A DNA stretch of 44,757 bases from Deltaproteobacteria bacterium (GTDB lineage: Bacteria; SAR324; NAC60-12). The stretch spans positions 11,699 through 56,455 of the forward strand of contig JABGPG010000238.1 of the NCBI GenBank assembly GCA_018645085.1, given 5' to 3'. Position numbers and translations under genes: made by a program. Numbering within the stretch: position 1 is the stretch's first letter; each line of letters starts with the position of its first letter. This document shows positions 1-8,547 of this stretch, piece by piece. The notes under the pieces were generated by a model that was given only the letters and a program-made list of their open reading frames with translations, was not told the DNA's origin and searched no databases.

Positions 1-623
1 ATCATTCTCAAGAAAGTTTCAGCAGCCATCTTTTTCATCTTGGCGAGAGAAGATTCGTGGGATTTTCCTGCACCTAAAAACATCGTCATGCCTTCTATAG
101 AACAAGAAATATATAAGGCAAGCTCACGTTTCGAGTCCTCTTTCAGCTCAGGGTTGACCCCGTCAATCAAGTTATAAATCACTTGTCTTTCCGCAGTATA
201 CATCTGATTCATCAATTGGGCAGCATAAGGGTCGTGGTTAGACAAGGCCCATAGTTCAGGAAAAAATTTTGTGGTTTCCTGAGTATTTAGATCTTGAACA
301 AGGTATTCAATCACTGAGGTGAAACGCTCCTCCGGAACAGCACTGGCATCTTCAATAATCTTGTCGAACTCTTTCAGGTAAGACTTCAAAATATTATCAA
401 GCATATCGCGAAAAAGTGCTTCTTTCGTTTGATAATAATAATTAAGATTCCCTACAGTAATTCCTGCCATTAACGCAACCCGCCTCATGGTCAGTTTGTT
501 GTAACCGTTCTCAACAAATACTTCTCTGGCCACCTCAAGGATGATCTCGATGCGCTCCTGCCCTTTGACAAAACGGGACTTTTTTGCCCGAGACAGAGGT
601 CTGTTTTTTTCGTCAGCAGTCAT
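1..623 (-). CDS. TetR/AcrR family transcriptional regulator (3' end runs off the window; not in the ORF track)
   Basis: Manual translation from ATG at 623: MTADEKNRPLSRAKKSRFVKGQERIEIILEVAREVFVENGYNKLTMRRVALMAGITVGNLNYYYQTKEALF, a typical TetR HTH. No stop before position 1. Divergent from the amine cluster. Confidence 0.9.
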   Translation of the reverse strand, partial: MTADEKNRPLSRAKKSRFVKGQERIEIILEVAREVFVENGYNKLTMRRVALMAGITVGNLNYYYQTKEALFRDMLDNILKSYLKEFDKIIEDASAVPEERFTSVIEYLVQDLNTQETTKFFPELWALSNHDPYAAQLMNQMYTAERQVIYNLIDGVNPELKEDSKRELALYISCSIEGMTMFLGAGKSHESSLAKMKKMAAETFLRM

Positions 624-863
624 TCAAATAATGATTGTTTGTAAATTTGTCAGCTAAACAGAACAGTAAAAAAAATTGCTATTGACATAAATTTAAAACG
701 GCAGTTCTGAAGATGTTGTAGTGAAAATTCACCCTGTAAATGAACTATTGTGTACGAAGCTAAATTTCAAAGTTATTGAATCCGCAAAACTCAAACTCCT
801 TATAATTATCTGAGATCTACGTAAATTTACTAATAGACAGGACTTTGTAATATCTATTTAATT

Positions 864-881
864 TTAGGACGCTTGTCCTAA
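864..881. promoter_or_regulatory. Palindromic operator candidate TTAGGAC-gctt-GTCCTAA (probable TetR site)
   Basis: Perfect 7-bp inverted repeat in the AT-rich intergenic region between the divergent TetR and the GS-like gene, about 100 bp upstream of ATG 985. Confidence 0.6.
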
Positions 882-984
882 TATATTCTTATTTTCTAAA
901 AAACTTCAAGCATTAATAAAAAGATTGTTCCAGATAATTTAATATTTTATTAGTTTACTAAGCAAATTTTAGCAGAGCTGACCG

Positions 985-2313
985 ATGGAATTACCTGAAA
1001 TACAAGAAGTAATTAAGCAAGCAGACATTGATTCAATTCGGATCGATTTCCCTGACATACATGGAATTTGCCGAAGCAAGCTGATACCCGCCAGACGTTT
1101 GGAAGCTACACTTGAAGAAGGGTTGAATTTTGCGGAAGCGACCTACATTGTAGATTTTGCAAACGACATAGCTTTTGAAGGTGGATGTGGTGGTGATTCA
1201 GGTTGGTCAGATATGACAGCCCGTCCAGACCTTGAGACCTTCGCGATTTTACCTCATCAACCTCATACCGCCCGTATCATTGCCAATACTTTTTTAAAAG
1301 GGGTTCCGCATCCCGTAGACCCCAGAGGCACATTAAAGAAAATTTTGGATCGCTACGAAAAGCTGGGTTTGAAAGCCTTTGCTGCATCTGAGTTGGAATT
1401 TATGCTCTTCGATCCAGTCAGTGGAGAAAATTACAACAATTCACCTTCCTGTGTTTATCAGGTTAATTCTTCGGTGGATAAACTTGGTATATTGCGTACC
1501 ATCCAAAACGCGTGTCTGGATTTGGGTATTGAGATTATTTATCTTAATCATGAATTTTTCCCAGGACAGTTTGAGGTCAATTGGAAATACTGTGATGCCA
1601 TGAAAATGGCGGATCAGACTTTCACTTTCAAACATCTCTGCAAGGAAATCGCCACCCAAAACGACTTGCATCTCACTTTCATGGGGCGGCCAAAAAGTGG
1701 CGGCGGCGGAAATGGTTATCATATCCATCTATCTTTAAATAATCTGGATAATGGAAAAAATGCCTTTGACGAGCCGGACGGAAAAGACGGTATGTCTGAA
1801 CTCCAACGCCATTTTATCGGTGGTCAATTAGCTCATGCGAAAGGTATGGCTGCCCTGTTGGCACCGACAATCAATTCCTATAAGCGCTATGTTCCGGACT
1901 CATTTGCTCCATATTTTATAGCCTGGGGCGGAGATAACCGTACTGTATATTGCAGGGTCCCGGATGAACGTGGAACAGCTGCCAGAGTTGAAAACCGCTC
2001 CGCTTGTGCGTCCGCTAATCCTTACCTTGCTATTGCCGCTACTTTAGCTGCCGGATTGGATGGTATCGAAAATAAAATCGATCCGGGAGAACCGGCAAAT
2101 TGTGATATTTATCACGATGAATCCGGACAATATGAACCAATGCCGTTTTATCTCCGTGATGCGATTAATGCCTTAAAAAAAGATGAATTTCTGAATGAAA
2201 TCTTCAGTCCGGAATTGTTGTCAGCATTTATTGCACTCAAAGAACGAGAGGAAGATCGTTTTAGAACAGCGGTAACAGATTGGGAATTTAACGAATATTC
2301 CTATCATCTTTAA
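985..2313 (+). CDS. Glutamine synthetase-like gamma-glutamyl-amine ligase (GmaS/PuuA/GlnA3-like)
   Basis: GS motifs ELEF, HEFFPGQFE, GNGYHIHLS, PTINSYKR, WGGDNRT, RVENR, NPYL. The flap reads YVPDSFAP instead of LVPGYEAP. Adjacent to mgsABC-like genes. Confidence 0.85.
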   Translation: MELPEIQEVIKQADIDSIRIDFPDIHGICRSKLIPARRLEATLEEGLNFAEATYIVDFANDIAFEGGCGGDSGWSDMTARPDLETFAILPHQPHTARIIANTFLKGVPHPVDPRGTLKKILDRYEKLGLKAFAASELEFMLFDPVSGENYNNSPSCVYQVNSSVDKLGILRTIQNACLDLGIEIIYLNHEFFPGQFEVNWKYCDAMKMADQTFTFKHLCKEIATQNDLHLTFMGRPKSGGGGNGYHIHLSLNNLDNGKNAFDEPDGKDGMSELQRHFIGGQLAHAKGMAALLAPTINSYKRYVPDSFAPYFIAWGGDNRTVYCRVPDERGTAARVENRSACASANPYLAIAATLAAGLDGIENKIDPGEPANCDIYHDESGQYEPMPFYLRDAINALKKDEFLNEIFSPELLSAFIALKEREEDRFRTAVTDWEFNEYSYHL

Positions 2314-2443
2314 TTGAAAAAACAGGCTATATAAAAAAATAAACAAGTACAGGAGATAGAGATTTGTTGAAGGCGCTTGAAAGTAGAGCACTGATAAAAT
2401 CCAGCTATCCTCTAACCTAGTTAAAATAATAAAAGGTTTGCTT

Positions 2444-3361
2444 ATGTGTGGACTCACAGGAATCATTGCTAATAATCCGGAAGGACTAGGTGTTGGCTTA
2501 ACAAAAATGCTCAAGGAGATTGAGCATCGTGGACGGGATGCCACCGGATTTGCAGTGTATGAAATCCGGGATGATATTCAAATTCGTGTTTCTATCCGGA
2601 ACATCGACAGCAAACCGGAGTTGTTGAAAATTCTTGAAAAATACGATCAACCCTCTGCAACCAACGTAACTTCCAGTGGCCGCAGCTACAAAGGTGTGGG
2701 GATTTTCGATTTTTATGAAACTTCGCTAAACATGCCACCTTCAGAAATCGAAGCCCTGCATCACGAAATAGACAGCCATCCTGATTTGTGCGTTCATTCG
2801 CTTGGTAAAAAAATTAAAGTTTATAAAGATCAAGGTACGGCGCGCGATTTGGAGAACCATCATCAATTTAATATCGGCCCGGCTACACACGGCATCGGTC
2901 ATGTACGCTTGGCAACGGAAAGCCTAGAGGATATTAATTTTGCCCACCCTTTCATATCTGAAATGTATCCGGGATTAAGTCTGGTACATAATGGACAATT
3001 CACTAATTATTTCAATTTGCGCCGTAGTTTGGAAACAAAAGGTGTACGCTTCAAAACTAATAATGATTCTGAAATAGCAGTCCAGTATCTGGCTTTTCTA
3101 ATGAAACAAAATGGAGGTGATCTCGAAGGGGCAATACATCAGGCGATGGAAAAGTTCGATGGTGTGTTTACCATAATTGTCAGTACGGAAGATCAAATCG
3201 GCATTTTTCGCGATGAGTTGGGAATGAAGCCTGTTTTGTTTTTTGAAACAGAGGACGGTTCGGTCTTGTTTGGTTCAGAAGAAATATCACTGGCCAAAAT
3301 AGCAACAGATGTGAATGCGACTGAAATGGAACCAGGAGGAGTGAAAGTATGGAACATTTAG
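2444..3361 (+). CDS. Class II (Ntn) glutamine amidotransferase, N-methylglutamate synthase subunit A-like (MgsA/GlxB)
   Basis: ATG at 2444 gives MCG (N-terminal nucleophile Cys). HRGRDATG, GIGHVRLAT, HPF, VHNG and DSE motifs present. Confidence 0.85.
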   Translation: MCGLTGIIANNPEGLGVGLTKMLKEIEHRGRDATGFAVYEIRDDIQIRVSIRNIDSKPELLKILEKYDQPSATNVTSSGRSYKGVGIFDFYETSLNMPPSEIEALHHEIDSHPDLCVHSLGKKIKVYKDQGTARDLENHHQFNIGPATHGIGHVRLATESLEDINFAHPFISEMYPGLSLVHNGQFTNYFNLRRSLETKGVRFKTNNDSEIAVQYLAFLMKQNGGDLEGAIHQAMEKFDGVFTIIVSTEDQIGIFRDELGMKPVLFFETEDGSVLFGSEEISLAKIATDVNATEMEPGGVKVWNI

Positions 3362-4053
3362 ACATCACAGGTAAAAGTATTGGTGAGACAAATCGGGCAT
3401 TAAGAAATCTCATTGCCGATCATGATCAAGTGATCATTGACAATCCACATTCCTCACACAATTTGGGAACAGCTCTCAAAGGCAATGGCAAGGTAACCAT
3501 CAACGGCAGCACTGGCTATTTCACCGGCGGTTTTTTGGCCGGGCCTACTCTTGATATCCTGGGGAACACTGGATGGTACACCGGTGATAATATGAGTGCC
3601 GGTGAAATTATTATTAGCAAAAACACCGGAAGCAACTGTGGTCCTTCGATGATGGGAGGCACTATTCTGGTACGCGGTAATAGCGGAAGCCGTGTAGGTT
3701 TTGCGATGAAAGGTGGAAATCTGATTGTCTGCGGAGATGTTGGACGCTGGGCCGGTTACATGACTTTGGGCGGACGCATCATTGTGTTAGGTGAAATGGG
3801 GCCGGTAATCGGTGAATCAATGTACCGTGGCATTATTCATACCGCTGATCCTGCTGTGGAAAAGAAGTTGGGAAATAATGTCAGCGTTATTCCCATTTCG
3901 GATGCTGAAAAAAAAGAAGTCTCTGCCCTGTTTGAAAAATACCAAATTGATCATCCAGTTAACTCTTTGAAAAGCGTGATTCCGTTAAAAACAGGACGGA
4001 CAAAATATACGATATTTAATCCAACTCACAAAGTGAGGTCTAAAAATGACTGA
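3349..4053 (+). CDS. GXGXG beta-helix protein, MgsB/GlxC-like (glutamate synthase domain 3 / FwdC fold)
   Basis: Repeated GxxGxxxGxxMxGG units. Overlaps both neighbouring genes. Confidence 0.85.
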   Translation: MEHLDITGKSIGETNRALRNLIADHDQVIIDNPHSSHNLGTALKGNGKVTINGSTGYFTGGFLAGPTLDILGNTGWYTGDNMSAGEIIISKNTGSNCGPSMMGGTILVRGNSGSRVGFAMKGGNLIVCGDVGRWAGYMTLGGRIIVLGEMGPVIGESMYRGIIHTADPAVEKKLGNNVSVIPISDAEKKEVSALFEKYQIDHPVNSLKSVIPLKTGRTKYTIFNPTHKVRSKND

Positions 4054-5359
4054 AGAAGCAACAAAAACAAGAAACCGTAAAAAAGATAAAATTCCAAAGG
4101 TGCCAAATCCCGATGGAATATGGACAAAAGAGGTTCGCGCTGAAATAAATCATAAAGCAGTAACCGGTCAGCATCGTATACGTGGAATGGGTGTAAACAT
4201 GCGATACCCCAACTTTGATGATTTGCTGGTTTTGCCGGCGCAGCTTTCACGTTTGTCTGTCGACACTTACCGCGAACCATGTGTCACCAAAACAGTTTTG
4301 GGAACACGCTTCGCGAAAAAACCGCTGGAAATTGAAACTCCGATTATGATTTCCGGAATGTCATACGGTGCGTTAGGTAAAGAAGCAAAAACCGCATTGG
4401 CCAAAGCAACCCAAATTGTCGGGACTTCGATCAATAACGGAGAAGGCGGATTACTTCCGGAAGAAAGAGACAACTCCTATAAACAGGTTGTACAGATCCT
4501 TCCCAGCCGTTTCGGCTTTTCGCTGGAAACGATTGAAGCTGCGGATGCGCTGGAAATTATTTGCGGAATTGGGGCGAAACCCGGACTTACAGGACATCTC
4601 TTAGGAAGTAAAATTACAGAGGAAATTGCGGAAATGCGACAAATTCCTGCAGGACTGGATCTTTACAGCCATCCTCGTCACGGTGATATATTTGGTCCGG
4701 ATGACATGGTTTTGAAAATTCAGGAACTGAGAGATATTACCAATTATGAAATTCCGATTTTCCTGAAAATTGCGGCAGGCCGTGTTACTGAAGATGTTAA
4801 AATTGCCGTTAAAACCGGTGCGGACGGAGTCGTGATTGATGGCTGTCAGGGCGGTACAGGAGCGGCGCCGGTAGTGGCTTTGAAACATTTGGGCATCCCT
4901 ACCTTACCAGCATTGGTGCAAGCCACAAAGGCTCTTGAGGATATGGGGGTCAAAGATGAATTCAGTCTCATCGTTTCAGGCGGGATCAAGGACGGAGCGG
5001 ATGTTGCCAAAGCAATGGCACTTGGTGCGGATGCAGTTGCTATCGGAACCGGAGCGAATATTGCCTTGGGATGCACGACCTGTCACCAGTGCCACGAAGG
5101 AATTTGCGGTTCCGGAATCTGTACGCAAGAACCGCAGTATCGTGAATTGCTTAAATGTGACGCAGCTGAAAGAGTGGCAAATTATATAACTGCCATGACA
5201 AACGAAGCTGTGATCCTCGCCAAAGCAGCGGGTAAAACTAGGCTGTCAAATCTGGAGCGGGAAGACATTCGTTCAATTACTTTGGAAGCTTGTGCAATGA
5301 CCGGAATTCCATTGGTCGGAACAAATTATACTTTTACGGAAAGGTTTGGGTTTTGTTGA
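4046..5359 (+). CDS. FMN-binding glutamate synthase family protein, MgsC/GlxD-like
   Basis: MSYGAL, GEGG, GAKPG, DGCQGGTGA and SGGIKDGADVAKAMALGAD motifs. CTTCHQCHEGICGSGIC Fe-S region. Confidence 0.88.
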   Translation: MTEEATKTRNRKKDKIPKVPNPDGIWTKEVRAEINHKAVTGQHRIRGMGVNMRYPNFDDLLVLPAQLSRLSVDTYREPCVTKTVLGTRFAKKPLEIETPIMISGMSYGALGKEAKTALAKATQIVGTSINNGEGGLLPEERDNSYKQVVQILPSRFGFSLETIEAADALEIICGIGAKPGLTGHLLGSKITEEIAEMRQIPAGLDLYSHPRHGDIFGPDDMVLKIQELRDITNYEIPIFLKIAAGRVTEDVKIAVKTGADGVVIDGCQGGTGAAPVVALKHLGIPTLPALVQATKALEDMGVKDEFSLIVSGGIKDGADVAKAMALGADAVAIGTGANIALGCTTCHQCHEGICGSGICTQEPQYRELLKCDAAERVANYITAMTNEAVILAKAAGKTRLSNLEREDIRSITLEACAMTGIPLVGTNYTFTERFGFC

Positions 5360-5747
5360 CATTATAAATCAGAGCTAATCTGCTTGAAACAGTTGTTCAG
5401 GATTGACAAATGTTACTTTTGGGTTCCGTTTTTTGAATTACAAAAGATGTTGATGTTATCAAGTGACTCTATGCAGAAAAACGAAATATTTGTTGATTTA
5501 ATAATTCCGGTGAAATGGAAGCAGGCAACGCTGGGGAGTGACCTGCCAAGGGATAACCGGAAGTTTTTTTCATACCTTGAAAACCTAAAGAAGGAGGCTA
5601 CAGGGAAAAAAGGATTCCGATTTCGTAATCAATTTATGCTGTATTACGACTTGATGAATCCGGCTTAACTTGTAATCCGGCATGTGTCATTCCTCTTCAT
5701 GGTGAATTGGAAAGCGCCTGCCATAGTAATAAACAAATAGAGGTAAA

Positions 5748-6935
5748 ATGAAACACTTTGTAATTACGACAATGTTCGGAACATTGGTAGTACTTCTTTC
5801 ACTGGGAACGGTTTCAGCCGGATCGTTCAATATTGATGCTGTACTTGCAACAAATCTTTCGTCCTGTAAAGCAGCTCCGAGTGGGACACCTTTGAAAATC
5901 GGTTATGCCGCCGATTTTTCGGATCTGGGAGGATTTGCTGATAAACCAGCCAGTCAAGCCGCATTATATTTTGTGGAACTGGTTAACTGTGCAGGCGGAG
6001 TTGACGGATCTCCAATCAAGTTAATTATAAAAAATATCGAAGGCAATCCGGAAGTAACTCAACGTGTCGGACATGAATTGATGGCTGCAGGAGTATCAGC
6101 CATGCTCGGACCTCCATTTCCGGATTTCGGTGAGCCTCTGTTACAAGTAACTGCAGGAAAAGTTGCGACTCTGTTTGTTGCTTCAACAGAACCCATGCTG
6201 GCTAATTCAAAAGCACTTTCGTACCTGGTCGCTTTTGATGACACAGCGCAAGCGACCGCCGCCGCCAAATTCGCACTTCAACAAGGATGGAGAACGGCGG
6301 TAACATTTTCCGCACCTGGTCCTTATTTTGGTTACAATCCGAAAATTTTCAGCAAAGTTTTCAAAGCCGGTGGAGGTAGCATAACCGCCGATTACAACTT
6401 TGTGCCGATTGATGACATGGATTTTTCCACGCAAGCCAATAAAATGGCTTCGGCGGGAAAAGCTCCGGATGTGGTTTATTCAGCCATGCTTTCCTTTCAA
6501 AGTGCTGTTTTGCGGGGGCAGTTAGATGCTGCTGGTGTAAAGACTAATTATCTGGTAACCGATGCTTTTGAAGCAACAGGAGGTTATTTCACAAAAGGCG
6601 TAGAAGGTTTTTATCACACTACACATTCCTATCCGGCGGAGGGTAGCCGCGTCAAAATATTAGCTGACGGTTATCAGGCAGCAAAAGGCGCTCCTTTGGA
6701 AAATGCCTCTTTCGGTGGATTGGCTGTTGATGCATTGGCAGTCATTATCAGTGCTTTCCAAAGTTCTGGTTCAATGGATCCAAAAATACTTGGTGCTGCA
6801 ATTGCTAATGCCGACGGAGTAGAAGGTGCTACAAGTAACCTTTCTTATTCGGGTGCCAATGGAGCTCCTTCTAAACCGGTCTTTGTTCACCGTGTTGTAG
6901 ATGGAGCACCAACGTTAGCGGCCACAATTCAGTAA
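5748..6935 (+). CDS. ABC transporter periplasmic binding protein (LivJ/K, HAAT family)
   Basis: N-terminal signal peptide, VNCAGGVDG and DFSTQ motifs. First gene of a LIV-type operon. Confidence 0.85.
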   Translation: MKHFVITTMFGTLVVLLSLGTVSAGSFNIDAVLATNLSSCKAAPSGTPLKIGYAADFSDLGGFADKPASQAALYFVELVNCAGGVDGSPIKLIIKNIEGNPEVTQRVGHELMAAGVSAMLGPPFPDFGEPLLQVTAGKVATLFVASTEPMLANSKALSYLVAFDDTAQATAAAKFALQQGWRTAVTFSAPGPYFGYNPKIFSKVFKAGGGSITADYNFVPIDDMDFSTQANKMASAGKAPDVVYSAMLSFQSAVLRGQLDAAGVKTNYLVTDAFEATGGYFTKGVEGFYHTTHSYPAEGSRVKILADGYQAAKGAPLENASFGGLAVDALAVIISAFQSSGSMDPKILGAAIANADGVEGATSNLSYSGANGAPSKPVFVHRVVDGAPTLAATIQ

Positions 6936-7663
6936 TGGATAGTGGTTTGCTTAACGTTGAAAACCTGAATACCCGCTATGGTTCTATACGAGCTATTCGC
7001 AGAGTCGGATTAACTGTTAAGGCTGGTGAGATTGTCTGTCTCATCGGCCCTAATGGTGCAGGAAAAACGACTTTGCTGGGGACTGTAGCAGGGCTATTGA
7101 ATCCGGTTCAGGGACAGGTAGTTTTCAATAATGTAGATATAACAGGCTGGTCTCCGGATCGAGTACTCCGTGCAGGTCTTTCCCTAGTACCGGAACATCG
7201 CAGAATTTTCGGCAACTTTACTGTTCGTGAGAATCTGCTAGTTGGCGGTGTGACTCTATCTCAGGATCAACGGGAAAATTTGCTGGAGGAAATGCTGGAC
7301 CTTTTTCCTGTACTGAAAGATAAACTTTCGGTTTCCGCCGGATTTCTCTCTGGTGGTGAAGCTCAACAACTTGCCATAGGCCGTGCCTTGATGAGCAACC
7401 CTAAAATGCTGCTCATGGATGAGCCGTCATTGGGTTTGGCACCTGTACTTGTGGATGTGGTGTTTGAACTGATCTCCAAATTGCGTGATAGTGGTCGGAC
7501 CCTGCTGGTTGTGGAACAAAACGCACAACGTATACTTAACGTTGCCGACAGGGCTTATGTGATGCGTTCGGGGCAGGTTGTCGCAGAAGGTTCGGCTTCA
7601 GAATTGTCAGGAAGCGAGGACCTTTTTAAGACTTACCTTGGTGGTTCGGGAGTTGCGGCGTGA
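6935..7663 (+). CDS. ABC ATPase, LivF-like
   Basis: Walker A GPNGAGKT, LSGGEAQ signature, DEPSLGLAP, VEQN. Confidence 0.92.
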   Translation: MDSGLLNVENLNTRYGSIRAIRRVGLTVKAGEIVCLIGPNGAGKTTLLGTVAGLLNPVQGQVVFNNVDITGWSPDRVLRAGLSLVPEHRRIFGNFTVRENLLVGGVTLSQDQRENLLEEMLDLFPVLKDKLSVSAGFLSGGEAQQLAIGRALMSNPKMLLMDEPSLGLAPVLVDVVFELISKLRDSGRTLLVVEQNAQRILNVADRAYVMRSGQVVAEGSASELSGSEDLFKTYLGGSGVAA

Positions 7664-8547
7664 TGGAACTGATTCAACAAATTGTCGATGGTTTGGGGCG
7701 AGGTAGTATTTACGCTTTGCTTGCTCTAGGGATTGCTGTGATTTTCGGAGTGATGCACATGGTCAATTTTGCACACGGCGAACTTATCACGGTCAGTGCA
7801 TACACTAGTTACTGGCTGCTTACAAGCGGCTTTGATTGGTGGTATGTGGCATTGGCGATAATAGTTGTTGCGGCTATTAGCTCTGTTGTTATTGAATTTG
7901 TGGCGTTTCGCTGGGTACGCGGCGCGCCTGACTTTACCATGTTGATGACCTCTTTTGGAGTCCATTTTCTAGTGCAGGCACTTTTCGTAATGTACGTGTC
8001 GGCTAATTTTCGACAATTTCCGCGCCCTGACTGGATATTTAACACTTGGAAAATTGGTGCAATCAACCTTGAAATTTACGACTTAGCGGTAATTGCTACC
8101 ACATTAATCACACTTCTCGGTACTTATTGTCTTTTACAACATACGATGTTTGGTATAAGCCTGCGCGCTGCAGCCGAAGATTTTGATGCTGCCCATCTTA
8201 TGGGTATTCGCAGTAACCGCGTTATCCGGGGAGCATTTTTTCTTTCCGGTCTTTTAGCTGGAGTTGCCGCAGTATTTTGGTTGATGCGTAGCGGTCAAGC
8301 CGGACCTGTTGCAGGTCTCAATCCAATGTTAAAAGGTGTTTTGGCTGCTTTAATTGGTGGTCTGGGAAGCCTGAGTGGAGCCGTGCTTGGAGGATTTGCG
8401 TTGGGCTTGGTTGAAGTTCTACTTATCGCACGCCTGCCGACCGAAGTTGTTGGCTTGACAGATGGAATTGTTTTTGTGCTGATTGCTCTACTTTTTGTTT
8501 TTCGACCTCAGGGTTTAATAACTGTGCATCACGTGGAGCGTGTCTGA
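7663..8547 (+). CDS. ABC permease, LivH-like
   Basis: GSIYALLALG, VNFAHGE, IGGLGSL and RPQGL motifs. ATG overlaps the livF stop (TGATG). Confidence 0.9.
   Translation: MELIQQIVDGLGRGSIYALLALGIAVIFGVMHMVNFAHGELITVSAYTSYWLLTSGFDWWYVALAIIVVAAISSVVIEFVAFRWVRGAPDFTMLMTSFGVHFLVQALFVMYVSANFRQFPRPDWIFNTWKIGAINLEIYDLAVIATTLITLLGTYCLLQHTMFGISLRAAAEDFDAAHLMGIRSNRVIRGAFFLSGLLAGVAAVFWLMRSGQAGPVAGLNPMLKGVLAALIGGLGSLSGAVLGGFALGLVEVLLIARLPTEVVGLTDGIVFVLIALLFVFRPQGLITVHHVERV

Noticed and set aside
985-5359. Ordinary GS-GOGAT ammonium assimilation operon
   Set aside because: The GS lacks the Glu flap, there is no gltD, amtB or PII, and the split three-gene layout matches MgsABC/GlxBCD. An archaeal-type split GOGAT cannot be fully excluded.
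5384-5668. 94-aa ORF between the mgsC-like gene and the ABC operon
   Set aside because: TTG start without an RBS, no recognisable motif, and it lies in a probable promoter region. Not supportable as a gene.
5708-5722. Possible sigma54 site TGGAAAGCGCCTGC before the ABC operon
   Set aside because: GG-to-GC spacing is 9 nt rather than the required 10.
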